A stretch of 63,855 nucleotides of DNA, filler included, from Olpidium bornovanus S191 (GCA_017911155.1; 33 parts of 33 records of this genome joined end to end with filler, not necessarily neighbours in it), one strand, 5' to 3'; shown: positions 34,746 through 46,641, counted from the whole stretch's first letter. Translations and numbers: made by a program. Notes: a model not told the origin generated them from the sequence alone.

Positions 34746-36250
34746 CTACAATTTTCTGGAAAAAGGTATGTAGTAAGACATCCGGGGCTCGTGAGCGGTC
34801 ATACCTGGGAAGGGGGGGGGGAAGGGGGAGGGGGGGGACGGCGCGGTGTCAGACATCCACATAGAAACGAATCAAAAAGAGGAGGAAACAATTATCGTGG
34901 GGGAGGGAACTCACCCTTGAACATGCCAATGATGTAGTTGTAGTCCGTGCCCGCCGACGGATCGTTCACGAGCAGCGGGCTGCCCGCGTCGACGCTTTGG
35001 CACTGGCAGTTGACTTTGAGCATACCCCTCCAGACCGCGCAGTTGCCGTCGGCGCCGCGCACGACGACGTGCGACGCCTGGCAGACGCGGCCCCCCGTGT
35101 ACCCGCCGGCGGCCGGAGGGGAAGCGCGCGCGCTTGAACAGGTCCAGAAAATGCGACACCAGGCTCGCCAGGTCGCAGGCCGGCAGCTCGCGCCGGATCG
35201 AGCAGGCCACGTCCGGCCGCGAGTTGGGCGAGCTGGCGCGCGGGAGGTATTGCCGCACCAGCGGGGAGTCGACGTAGAGGCACACCAGCCGGAAGTCGCG
35301 AGTCTCGTCCACCACGGGCCGCCCGAAGCGGCCGATCGGGACGTACGTGATCGTGCCCGCGCCCGCGCCTGCCATCGGCGCCACCTCGTGCACCCGCAGG
35401 AACGCGGGCGAGCCGGGCGCCGCGTCAACGTGGCCGACGGTAAGCACGTGCGAAATCTTGGGCTGAAACGGGTTGGTGAAGCCGAGCGCCGTGGCCGTGC
35501 AGAGGACAACGTCGCCGTGGGCGTCCTTTCCGGCGATCAGCGAACCGATCCGCAAGCTCCGCAGGTGGGGGCCGTCCGCGACTTCGGAAAAGCCGCCGCC
35601 GCCGCTCAGGGCGCCGATGCTTTCCGCATCGTCGCCCCGCTCGCTCGCGGTCGCCGGAAGTGTCGTCGACGTCCGCGATTGATTGTAAGCGGAACGCCGC
35701 ACGCAGTCCGGCACCGAGAAACTTCCCGAAAAATACGGCGTCCGGCCGGGGCTGCCGATCGACGGTGACCTCGCACGCGCGGGCTCCGCGTGCGGCTGAG
35801 AACCGGCCGGCCGCGTCCTGCAGACGGCGTTGGGATACGACGGATACCCGGGGGTCATCGTCATCGGCAACACCGCCCGGTAGGCGTCTTCGACGACGTG
35901 GACCAGTACGAACGGGAAATGAAACAGAATAACGGCGCGGTCGAGCGGCCAAGAAGGGATACTCTTGGACAACGTGACGTTTATTGTGGCAAGCTGCTGC
36001 AGTTCTGAGGGCCTGAACTGGTCGACGGACACGTCCGACGGTACGCCGATGGAAATTTCGATGAGACTCTCGCAGCACGAGAGGACCTCTTCTTGGACGA
36101 CCATGTAGTACGCGACGAGGTCCTCGCAGGGTTCCGGCTCGATGATGCCCCCGAACGGTGGCAACTCACCTCCCCAGTCCAGAACACCCGCGAGTTGAAC
36201 CGCAGGCGCGGGTTGGTGGCTGCTGCGGCCAAGGGTTTGGCGGGGGACCT
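34746..36250 (-). CDS. Trypsin-fold (PA clan, Ssy5/Nal1-like) protease homologue with the catalytic Ser replaced by Ala; one frameshift as assembled
   Basis: His motif VLTVGHV (His codon 35430-35432), Asp motif RDFRLV (35295-35297, 45 aa later), FKRAR..GYTGGRV, then VDAGSPLLV...IIGMFKG in place of GDSGS. Last intron 34805-34914 and final exon GMTAHEPRMSYYIPFSRKL*. The frame changes near 35105-35133. The 5' boundary is approximate. Confidence 0.68.
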
Positions 36251-36872
36251 TGGCAGAGACCGCCTGTGCTCGGGTCCTGAGGGAGCAGGGCGGCGGCGGC
36301 TGCGCCCGTCCCGCCTCACGGCACGCAAAGCGAGCGGCGCGGGCGGGCGCGGTGTTGAGAGAGAGAGAGAGAAAGAGAAAGAAAGAGAGAACTGGGTCCA
36401 AACCCTCCAACCCGTTGACCTCCACTTTCCCCTTCCCCTTCTCTCAACCCGGCCCAACTCGGGGCGGATGAGAGAGGCAGACAGAGCGTTCAACCCCCGG
36501 CGGCATTGACCTCCCCCCCCCCCCCCTCCCACTCCCCAGGCCTTGGTTTTCGCACGCCCACGAACCCTCTTTTCCCAAACGATGCCGTCGGCCGCCCGCG
36601 CGCATACGACCTCTGCCGCTCCCGCCCTTGCGTTGCGCAATCAACGCTCGTCAGGATCTCATTGCGCGCGGGCTGACGGGCAACGACTTTTCCCACAGTC
36701 GCCGGGTTGACAAACCGGCGGGGCATTATCAGCCAAATTCTACGTTTCTGTATTCAGGCTGGGTAAACATCCAAGGTCCGCGAAATAACCGCGACGTCGA
36801 CGACGTCGCACCGTTTGGAACCGCGAGTTCGTTCCGACGAATTATGGGCGTTGCCAAACCACCCAGGGCTTT

Positions 36873-37320
36873 TCAGTCGCACTTGACGATGCGCATGGTG
36901 TTGGTGTAGCCTAGTCCTGATGAATCGGGTCGGGAAAACGTTAGAATGTCGAATCCTCAACAGGGATCTCCCCTCGGGGTCAGAGCCAGCGCCGGTGCGT
37001 AATTTCGAACTGCTTTACCGCTGCGCCAACCCTGGATGCAGATGACCGCGGCGCCCGACTGGAGGATCCCGGCCCTCTTCGCCTCTTCCATGCACCACTG
37101 AATTCTGTCGTCGACGTCGTGCTGCCAGGAATACCAGTGCTTGGCCTGGTCGGCGTCCGCGTTTGCGGCCGGGTCGCACTCGTCGACGGGGGGCTTGGGG
37201 TAGAGGAACGGATAGCACCCGCGGTACAGGTGACACTGCCGCGCCGTCGCGGCGTTCCTGGTCGCCGTGAGCACGGGCATGTCGGGACGGTACTTGGAAA
37301 TCAGGCGAGCGGTTTCGCCG
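36873..37320 (-). CDS. CDC19: Pyruvate kinase, C-terminal exons
   Basis: GETARLISKYRPDMPVL...TARQCHLYRGCYP...WQHDVDDRI...IQGWRSG|LGYTNTMRIVKCD*. Intron 36917-37018. Confidence 0.95.
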
Positions 37321-37338
37321 CTGAGCGGTTCGCGTTGT

Positions 37339-37372
<34 letters not shown>

Positions 37373-37635
37373 GGGGGGGGGGGGAAAGGGGGGGCGGGGG
37401 GGGGGGGAGGAAGGGGGGGGGGCAATCGTAAAAAGCGGTGCCGCTTTCGTTTTTTCTTATTTTTTTTGTGAAGGTGCAAAAGCGGGAGGGAAGCGCGCAC
37501 GCGCAAAAGCGACGCTGCGCCTCGTTTCCCGCGAANNNNNNNNNNNNNNNNNNNNNNNNNNNNNNNNNNNNNNNNNNNNTTAATTAATTAANNNNNNNNN
37601 NNNNNNNNNNNNNNNNNNNNNNNNNNNNNNNNNNN

Positions 37636-39302
37636 CATGTGCGCATTCGGCGCGCCAGTGCCGTCGGCGGTGGCCTCCCCCCTCGGCAAACTGAGAATCG
37701 AGCTCGCGGCGCTGCTCTTGTTGGAATTATACGCCCTGTCCGCGCTTTCGTCGAGCCACTGCTTGGTTTGCGTGATGGCAAAAATCCAGCGCTTGGCTTC
37801 CACAGAGTGTTCTGCGCGCAGGTGATATCGAACCGATCCCCGTCCCACGAGCTCAAACTTTTGCGGATCAGACGGGTCCAACGACAACTTGGCGATGCGC
37901 AGCGACACGGAGCCGCGACACGCGTTGTCCGTGTCTTCTTGCTTCCTGTAATAAGACAAAATTCCTGAAGGTATACCACCCCGGGTTCTCAGGAACGGCC
38001 GGTGTGTGCCACTCGTTGCAGCAACCAGCAACGCCTGCAGGACAAAACTCCACAATTCTTACCGTTCTCCAAAACAAACCATCGAGTTTTGTAGCCAGCG
38101 GCATAGTTGGTCCATTTCTGCAACAAACCCTGCATTTTCGGCGGCTTTCCCGGAGCGGTGATTGTGGTCATCGCAGATTGGTCCGTTCCCTTTGTTACTA
38201 AAATGGGAGAAAGCGCACAGTGGCAGAAGGCGTCAGAAGTGCAAACCACCACGCCACCGAAAACTCAGCCGTGCCATCCCCCAACGCTGCGTGGATGGTT
38301 CGGGCAGGCCTGGTATCATCCACATCACCCACGCGGGCAACTACTGACACTGCTTTAGCATCGTCCGCACTTTCTCATTCTTTGCTAATTCAAACGGGAG
38401 CTTTCCCCTGCGGTCCCTGATGAACACATCCGCGCCCCTGTCCAGCAGCCATCTGACAATGTCGAGACCGCCGTTTTCTCGCTGGACAGCCGCGTGGAGC
38501 ACCGTCGCGCCTCCGATCGGATCCTGGTGGTTGATGTCCGCGAGCGCGGCGGTGCGGGGGTCCGCGAAGAGATTTTTCAGCGAGGCAAAGTCGCCCGAGT
38601 GGGCAAACTGGTGCATCATCACCGTCCGCGTTGTCGCGAAAGCTTCGCGGTTGGCTGTGTCGGAAATTTGGCGGGCGTCAGAACGGAGCGCGTCACGCGG
38701 CCGGCGGCGTCGTAAAAGGGGCCCGGGGGGGGGGGCAAAAAGAAAAAGGGTAGCGGCCGTCGTGCGCTGAAGGCTGCGCGCACCCGCTCCGCACGGTCGG
38801 TCGATCCAGCAGCCGGATTGAAATACAGTTCTGCCCGTCTCGGCCGGTCGCGAAACCGACCTCGAATTTTCGCCGCGATTTGGGGCATCTTCGCGACCTC
38901 GTCCGGAAGCTTGCCTTCCGCGTTGCGCACTGCGTCATTGACGCGGGGGTCGGCGAGGAGGGCGTCGACGATGCCAACGCGGCCGGCGCGGGCGGCAAGA
39001 TGGAGAGGCGTGTCGCCCTTGGAGTTCTGCGCGTTGACATCGCCTTCCTTGCGGGCAAGGATGTGGGCGACCGTCTCCGCAGAGGACACCTGAATGGCCA
39101 AGTGCAGTGGCGACAGGTGGACCGGAACCAGCGCAGGCGCTGCAGGGCCGGCCCAACTTTGAGGGGCCACGGGTGTCTTGGTGAGCGGCGACAAATTCAA
39201 CCCAAACCCCGGCGACGCCGGCGACGGCGGCAGGCAATCCAACAGCTTATCCAGCGCAGGGAGGTCATTTGCGCGAAGAGCTTCCAGAAGGGAGAAGGCC
39301 AC
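37636..39302 (-). CDS. SWH1: Oxysterol-binding protein homologue with ankyrin repeats and a PH domain (Osh1/Osh2 type), 5' part
   Basis: Ankyrin repeats ([36 protein letters not shown]) are followed by PH motifs [38 protein letters not shown] and EAKRWIFAI. The start is probably at 39302-39420. Confidence 0.92.
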
Positions 39303-39710
39303 GAGGGGGTCGTCAAGACCACCTGCGACGGTAAAAACGAGCAGGGGGAACGTGAGGGCCCGCCCCGGTTGAGAGCGGAGCGGTTCGTGTTCTGTTAGCC
39401 TCGCAGTCCAGGCTTACCATCCTTCTGAGGTTGGGCGGGGGCCAGGCCCTGTTCCGATGCGTCCTTCCGCGAGGATCCGGCCGAAACGTTTTGCGCACCA
39501 ACAAGAGCGCCCGATGGCGTGGGGGTGGGAGGCTTGGCAAGGGTTGGATCCGCCGGCGCCCGCGTAGTGTGGTCGATGGCGGCTCCGATGAGCGAGAGGA
39601 GACGCGCCCANNNNNNNNNNNNNNNNNNNNNNNNNNNNNNNNNNNNNNNNNNNNTTAATTAATTAANNNNNNNNNNNNNNNNNNNNNNNNNNNNNNNNNN
39701 NNNNNNNNNN

Positions 39711-40439
39711 CATGGCCGTTTATGGGTTCTGCATCAACAGCGATGCCCCGGGAACGATCAATCTGGTTTTCAAGCTCAATGCACAGCAGGCACCTCAGAG
39801 ATGGGTGAGTGTCAACGGATGCAGCATCGGCACACTAGTGTCACGGGCACTCGTGTCCGCCAAAGCGGGGACTTTCGTCTGAGCACGCGCTCGGATTTGC
39901 GCGGGCCTACAGGTCGTTGGTGTCACGCCGAACTCTTACAAGCTTGGTGACAAGGAGTACCCCGACGTGAACACGCTGATTTACGGGTTCAAGAAATTGC
40001 AGAGTACGTGTGGGGCTCCCCGCTACATTCACTGTTCCAGTATCGCCTTTTATCCACGTCCGCTTTTGGCGTTGGGCTCGTGCTTTTTCGGATTTCGAAA
40101 TTTGACCCGCGTTTCAACTACGTTTCCCCAGTGAGCGCCGGCCCGCCGCCTGCATTGCCGCCGCCTCACCAGCGTACCGCGCCGCCGCAACCGCAACCGC
40201 CACCTCCACCGGCAGCCGCGCCGCCGCCGCCGCCGCCCCCACCACCACCCCTTCCACCTCCGCCGCCTCCGCCGCCGCCGCCGCCGCCGCCGCCGGGAGC
40301 GCCAAGGCCGCCCGTGCTGCCGCCGTGGGCACAGGCGCGAGACGTCTACGGTAACCCGTACCAGCCGCACCCGCTGGCCCGGCCGCCCTCGCTCTTGCAG
40401 GGGATCCCTCCTTGGCAGCAGCAGCAGAACCACCGCTAG
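39711..40439 (+). CDS. SPT6: Spt6 C-terminus (second SH2-like subdomain) with a poly-Pro tail
   Basis: YGFCINSDAPGTINLVFK...RW|VVGVTPNSYKLGDKEYPDVNTLIYGFKKL resembles the Spt6 tandem-SH2 C-terminal half. Intron 39805-39912, a second intron after about 40004, and a final Pro-rich exon ending at 40439. Confidence 0.72.
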
Positions 40440-41040
40440 CACCCTTTGCAGCAGAAGAAATCTGTCTATCACGCGGTGTTTCCACGTGTTTTTTTTTTCG
40501 CGTTCCTGTTTTCCTCTCTCCTTTTGCTTCCTGCCCTCCGCTTCAAGAAGATAAAAAAGGTTTTGGTGATCCGTGCGTTTCGATCACAAGCATTTTATCG
40601 TGTAGAAAGATTGGGGCTTGGATTGAGCTCGCGGGCAAGCTTTCGGCGAAGGGCGAGTGCGCGCGTGTGTCAGTTGGGGTCGGGGTCGCGCGGTTGGTCA
40701 ATTTCGCCCCGTTCGTCCGCCGCACAACCCCGCTTCCCCCAGAAGGCGACAGAGTTTTTGTCGCGGGCCTGCAAATTTCTACTCCGGTCCGTGTCCTCAG
40801 GAAACCGCCCGGGGCTTCCCATGTCGCCACACCATCACCTTCAAATCACGCGCGAGGATCAAATATTCGGTCGCACGTTCAGGGACTTTGGGGGTGTTCG
40901 CTAGCGTTTTTTCGCCTGCGAGTACGGTCGCGTTGCGCTCNNNNNNNNNNNNNNNNNNNNNNNNNNNNNNNNNNNNNNNNNNNNTTAATTAATTAANNNN
41001 NNNNNNNNNNNNNNNNNNNNNNNNNNNNNNNNNNNNNNNN

Positions 41041-42126
41041 CCCGCCTGCGAAATCCCGGCCCGCCTGATCTATTTCCAGGAGATGCCCCCGGACCAGAAG
41101 CGGCGCGTGCAAAACAGAGCCGCCCAGCGCGCCTTCCGCGCACGGAAGGAGAACTACGTCAAGGCGCTGGAACTTCGCATCGCCCAGGTCGAGGGCCTCG
41201 GCGCGCAGCGCGACCGGCAGCTGCAGGAGGAGAACCAGCACCTGCGGATGCTGGTGGAGAAACTGAAGCACGAGAACCAGATGCTGAAGTTTGCGACCGT
41301 CGGAAACCGCGGCGACGCTGTCGGGTTCGGCTTGGAGCCCGACCAATGTGGGGGAGCGGGTCGCCCGTTTTATCCGACCCCGCCGGACGAGAGGAAACCG
41401 TATAGCGAAGCCGCGATTTCGCTGACGCCCTTCCCGACGGCGGCAGAAAGCCAGCAGGTCGCTGCGGGCGATTACGACTACGCGGGCGAAGCGGCGGGCG
41501 GGCCGCCCGCCGCCGGCACGACCGCCGGATGTGCGCCGCGCCTCCCGAACCTGGGCTCAACCGCGTTTGGGATGGGCGCTGCCCTCAAAGCCGCCGAGAA
41601 CTGCGCCTCGCCGTTTGTTCTCTCGCCCGTGCGCCAGGCCGGCGTCTCGGCCTTCCGCCCGGGCGGCCGAGCCTGCGTCCCCTCGCGCGACGCGGCGGCC
41701 GGCCCGCCCGCGGCCCCGCCGGGTGCCGCCGCGGCCCGCGAGAAGGCCCCAGCGCCGCGGCCGTCTCCCGCCAAAGAGAGCGCGCCCGGGTGTTCTGAAT
41801 GCCGCGGGAACCGCGAGAGCCCGCGGCCGGAGACCCGCAGGCACCGCGGCACGATCATCGACAGTTTCCGCAGTATGGACGACGACCGCGACCCCCGGAT
41901 AAACACCTCCACGCTGACCAAAGAGGAGGAGCAATCGCTCGTGCCGATGGAAGAGGCCTTCCGGCGCTGCCGCAACCACCCGAGGGCCGCCGAGTTCGAC
42001 ATCGACGAGCTCTGCCGGGAACTGGACGAGAAGGGCCGCTGCTCCGACAAGGGCCGCCAATGCCTCGAGGAGGACGTGGAATCGGCGATTGCGAAGTTAG
42101 AAAAGGGGCCTCCGCGGAACGAGTGA
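41041..42126 (+). CDS. YAP1: AP-1-like (Yap1/Pap1 family) bZIP transcription factor with a C-terminal cysteine-rich domain
   Basis: Basic region QKRRVQNRAAQRAFRARKENYVKALE plus a zipper. C-terminal HP...FDIDELCRELDEKGRCSDKG...EDVESAI matches the Yap1 c-CRD. Confidence 0.85.
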   Translation, partial: PACEIPARLIYFQEMPPDQKRRVQNRAAQRAFRARKENYVKALELRIAQVEGLGAQRDRQLQEENQHLRMLVEKLKHENQMLKFATVGNRGDAVGFGLEPDQCGGAGRPFYPTPPDERKPYSEAAISLTPFPTAAESQQVAAGDYDYAGEAAGGPPAAGTTAGCAPRLPNLGSTAFGMGAALKAAENCASPFVLSPVRQAGVSAFRPGGRACVPSRDAAAGPPAAPPGAAAAREKAPAPRPSPAKESAPGCSECRGNRESPRPETRRHRGTIIDSFRSMDDDRDPRINTSTLTKEEEQSLVPMEEAFRRCRNHPRAAEFDIDELCRELDEKGRCSDKGRQCLEEDVESAIAKLEKGPPRNE

Positions 42127-42927
42127 GTGCGGCGCGGCGCCTGCCAAAACGGATACCTGCAGAGAAAGGAAAAAGAACAGCCGGTTTCGCCCGATTTCCG
42201 ACCGCGGGAGTCCGTAAGCACGGCTCGCTTCGCTTCGCTTGCAACGTGTGCTCCTCGCGTTGCATTTTCGGCCAATTTCCAAATAGCTTTGTTTTTTTTT
42301 TCTTTGTTTTTCGGGAAAATTTCGCGCGCCCGGGCCCTGAAAACCGTGTTTTGCCGATTTTGGTTTTTTTTTTTCGAGAGATCCGGCGGGCGATCCGTTC
42401 CGACGGGCACCCCGCCGATCTCGATTACAATGCCTGAAGCGAAGCAAATAGCAGCCTCTTTTCTCTTCCCCCGCCTTCCCCACTTTTTTCCCTACTGCCC
42501 CAACGCTTCAGGTATCGCATGGATTTTGTTTCGAGGGACGCGGGCCTCCCCCAATTCTTGCGGGGCCTTTTCGAACGGTTCTTCCGCGTCCGCCCTTTTC
42601 TCCCCTTTTTTCTTTCAAAGCAGCAGCGTCTTGTGTTTTTTTTTTTTTCGCCCCTGCCGCGCCGCTTCGTTCGCTCTCAATGTTTTTCGGCGCTTTTTTT
42701 GCGCGGCCGGACCTTTGCGCCCCCCTCAAAACGCAAGGCACGCGCGTTTTGACTGACGGGCGATCGGACATATCACTGGCTGACGAATCTGAATGGAATG
42801 TCCGCCAAGTTAATGTCGGGGGGTGAACGATTGTCGTATCGATGACCTTGCTGTATTTCGGAACAGCGTACACGGCCAAATTTGCCTTCACGGAGGCGTG
42901 TGTGGCGGCATTGAATAACTGCACACG

Positions 42928-42959
<32 letters not shown>

Positions 42960-43074
42960 GGGGAGGGGCGGGGANNNNNNNNNNNNNNNNNNNNNNNNNN
43001 NNNNNNNNNNNNNNNNNNTTAATTAATTAANNNNNNNNNNNNNNNNNNNNNNNNNNNNNNNNNNNNNNNNNNNN

Positions 43075-43180
<106 letters not shown>

Positions 43181-43276
43181 GTCAAACCTCCCCCACCCCC
43201 ATCCTCTCTGCCGAAAGGTTTCCCGGCAAGGTGGGCGGGGTAACAACAAAAAAATTGGAGGGAAAAAAAAACTCAC

Positions 43277-43595
43277 CACGAAATGACGTACGCGGCGATG
43301 TAGAACGAGACGTTCCTCGCGTACGTCCGCCGGAAGCTGGCAAGGGCGCTCGAACCGTACGCCAGTGTGCGCGAGACCGCGCTGCGCTTCCAAATGATGC
43401 GGGCGGACAGGATGTAGACCGCGGCGTTGAAGGCGAACAGGGCTGGCGGGTTGTGGGGTTGGTTGGTGGGTGGGGGGTCGGGGGGAGAGTGAGAACAAAC
43501 AACAACAGAATTGAAGTCTTCGCTAAATTGCCCAAAAACCGGGGGCCGGTGCGACTCCGCCCCTCTTTAAAGGAAAACCACAACACACACACACA

Positions 43596-43634
<39 letters not shown>

Positions 43635-44311
43635 ACCCCAAAGCGGAGCGAATAACAAAATGATCCGCCAGTACTTGTACTCGAACGAGATCCAGCACCA
43701 GAGGCCGGAATTGGCGTACATCGGTGGGCCGCGCACGAACAGGGGGGGCACCGCAAACAGCAACGGTGCGCCGTAGCCGATCATCACGTAGTACACCTCG
43801 TACCTCCGGAGGTCCGCCACTGTCCGGCTGAAGCACAGGATCAGCAGCAAATTGATCCCGAGTATCGTGACCCACAGGCAGCTGGACAGGTCTCCCCAGA
43901 AAATGCCGGCCCCCTGCGCTTGGCAAAGCGCGCTTTCGCCCCCGCCGCTGAAGCCGGCCCTGTAAGAAAAAAAAAACGTGACGACGACGTTTGCGTACAT
44001 TAAATCCGGCACGCTCGGGCGCGGGATGATCCCGGCATTTCCCACAAAATCGGCACTTACTGGCCGATCAGTTTGGCGACGGCGGTGATCAGGTCCGCGA
44101 CGGCCAAGTAGCAGGTGACCCTGGCGGCCTGGGACCGGTAGCTCCGGAAGAAGGCGAAGGTAAGGATGAGGGCGGACGACCCGAGCAGCGAAAGGGCCGA
44201 CGTCATGGAGGCCATGAGCGCCAGCCGGTGCATGTCGTGCGGGTCCGCCGCCGCCGCAGCCGCCGCCGCCGCCGCCATTGCCGAAGCGTCGGGCGTCGGC
44301 GCCGCTCCCAT
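43277..44311 (-). CDS. cAMP-receptor-like (Dictyostelium CAR/CrlA-type) 7TM GPCR, 5' part
   Basis: TM1 SALSLLGSSALILTF, YLAVADL, LCQAQG, conserved GLWCWIS, FAPLW and further TM helices. At least 3 exons; 3'-truncated. Confidence 0.85.
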
Positions 44312-44428
44312 GGAATCAGCTGCTGCTGCGGTGTGGGCCGGGCGGCGACTGGAGCCAGGGTAAAACTCTGCGAAGTTTCGCGGCGAGCAGGAATGCGCGC
44401 GGCGAGACACCCCCGGGTCGTATCTCCT

Positions 44429-44462
<34 letters not shown>

Positions 44463-44583
44463 CCCCCCCCCCCCCCCCGACCCNNNNNNNNNNNNNNNNN
44501 NNNNNNNNNNNNNNNNNNNNNNNNNNNTTAATTAATTAANNNNNNNNNNNNNNNNNNNNNNNNNNNNNNNNNNNNNNNNNNNN

Positions 44584-44620
<37 letters not shown>

Positions 44621-46519
44621 CCCGGTCGTTTCCGGGGGCCGCGGAGACGACAAAAACGCCGGCGCGCGTGGGTGAAGAGACGTCTCGCTTTTTCGACCAG
44701 CGCATAATCGAACGCTAAAAAAGAGCGTTCTTCTTTTTGGAGCCGCTCCGGCGGGCCCTCGCGCCCCGACGAGGACCGCATTTGCCGCCGAAACGCCGGG
44801 GGGAAAAAGGGACGGCGGGGTTCACGCGTTCTTTTTTTTTCTTCCTCCGCGGCCTGGCTGGCTCCGTCGACGCAAAAACGCCCGCCGGGCAGGACGGGAA
44901 AAGGTCCGCGGGGAGACGGCGTGAATTGCTGCGCAAAAAGCCTTTTTTTTTTTTCCTTTTTTTTTCGGCGGACTCGTTCGTGAGGCCGCAAGCCCTTGCT
45001 GCCGCGAATGAAGAGGAAAAAAAAAATTTCAGAAGCCGCGCGTGCGGCGCGCTTTGCTGGAGAACGCGGCGCCAAGGGAAGGGGGAAAGCAGGAGAAGAG
45101 GAAGCCGGACCGGCTGGAGGTGCCGCTGCCCGGTGGATCAGCCTGGTGCTGCTGTTGGAACAAGGGGGCAGCGCTCCTTTTCTGCTTGCGCGGAGCTCCC
45201 CCGCTTCCCGCCGAGCAGTATCGCGAGTCGAGCCGCGCGACCCGGGAACCTGCCTTGTCCACCGGACACGCCGCCCGGCGCGCCCGATGCATCAGTGCGC
45301 CTGGTTCCCGCAGTCAACCGGCTCAGGGCCCCACCGGGCTAGATCTAGACCAAGATGTGCCCGGTGCGCACGGTGCGGCCGGCGCGGGCGGCGGGGTTTT
45401 TTTGCCACAATATCGGGCAAATTTACAGCCGACGCCGTGACGTTCGGAATACTTCCGAAAACCGGCCGCCCCGGTACCAGACGCCGTGACTCCGGTTATT
45501 GCGCCGTGACGCAGCTGCCCCGTAGATGCACCGCCGGACGTGCGCAAGTTGACGAGGCAATTCTTTTGTTGGTTTGATTCAACGTCAGGGCGAGCAGACC
45601 GAATGGGTTTTGGACGGTCGCGTGTGCACCAGACATTGTCGCGTTCTCACCATGACCGACCTCTTGCAGTTTAGGTCGGTTGCGGCAACAGCACAACCGG
45701 ATCAAAGAAAAAGGGACGACGATTAATAATTGGCTTTTTGTTTCCGTTCCGTCGGGTTGCTGTATATTAACGAATAATTAATGAAAAGAAAATGGCGTGT
45801 CGATTGGGCGCAAATGTGTGAAATAAATAGGAATGACAGGGGAAAGGCGGGGGGTGGGGGGGGGGGGGGAGGGGGGGGGGGGGGGGGGGGGGGGTTCGGT
45901 CCGGATTTCCGAGCACAAAGAGAAAAAAAAGCGAAAAGCGAAAAAATAAATAAATAAATAAATATACTGGGGGTGGGTTCAAAGTTTGTTCCGGTTTGGG
46001 TTCGGTTTGGTTCGGTTTGGCGGGGAATTATTATATATATAAATGTGTGTGTGTGTGTGGTTGTGTGTATTGTGAGTGTGTGACCGCCGTGATGAACGGG
46101 GATATTTGCGTTAGGATTCCCATTAGAACATAAATAAAATTGTAAGTCCCCGGACAAGCTCCCGCCGCCCACCTCCCGGCGGTGGGAAACAAGGGTGGGA
46201 AGAAGGGGGAGGGGGACGGGAGGGAGGGATGCGAAAGGAGAAATAGGAAGGCGTAGATAAAGAGTGTCGCGAGGTTGTCTGTGTATGTATGTGTGTGTAT
46301 GTGCGTCTGGAGGGAGTGCGTTTGTGTGTTTGATTGTCTGGGTGTTTGTTACATGAAACATCGGGGGACAACAAATAAAAAAGGGAGGAAAAAAAAGAAA
46401 TTAAAAAAAAACGAAAAAGNNNNNNNNNNNNNNNNNNNNNNNNNNNNNNNNNNNNNNNNNNNNTTAATTAATTAANNNNNNNNNNNNNNNNNNNNNNNNN
46501 NNNNNNNNNNNNNNNNNNN

Positions 46520-46641
46520 ATTTTTGCGTCTTCGTTTCGACATTGTATAGGATCGAGTTGGCGCCGGCCGGATAAAAGATTGTCTGCTCGTCGAGGAAGC
46601 ACACGTTGTCTTTCACGTCGGCCTTGAGGCCGAACACATGT
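46520..46641 (-). CDS. CFAP57: Cilia- and flagella-associated protein 57 (WDR65), N-terminal exon
   Basis: HVFGLKADVKDNVCFLDEQTIFYPAGANSILYNVETKTQK matches the conserved CFAP57/FAP57 N-terminus. Confidence 0.85.

Noticed and set aside
45983-46022. GGTTCGGTTTGG short repeats resembling transposon subterminal motifs
   Set aside because: Only 2-3 copies in low-complexity DNA, with no terminal inverted repeat or target-site duplication seen.
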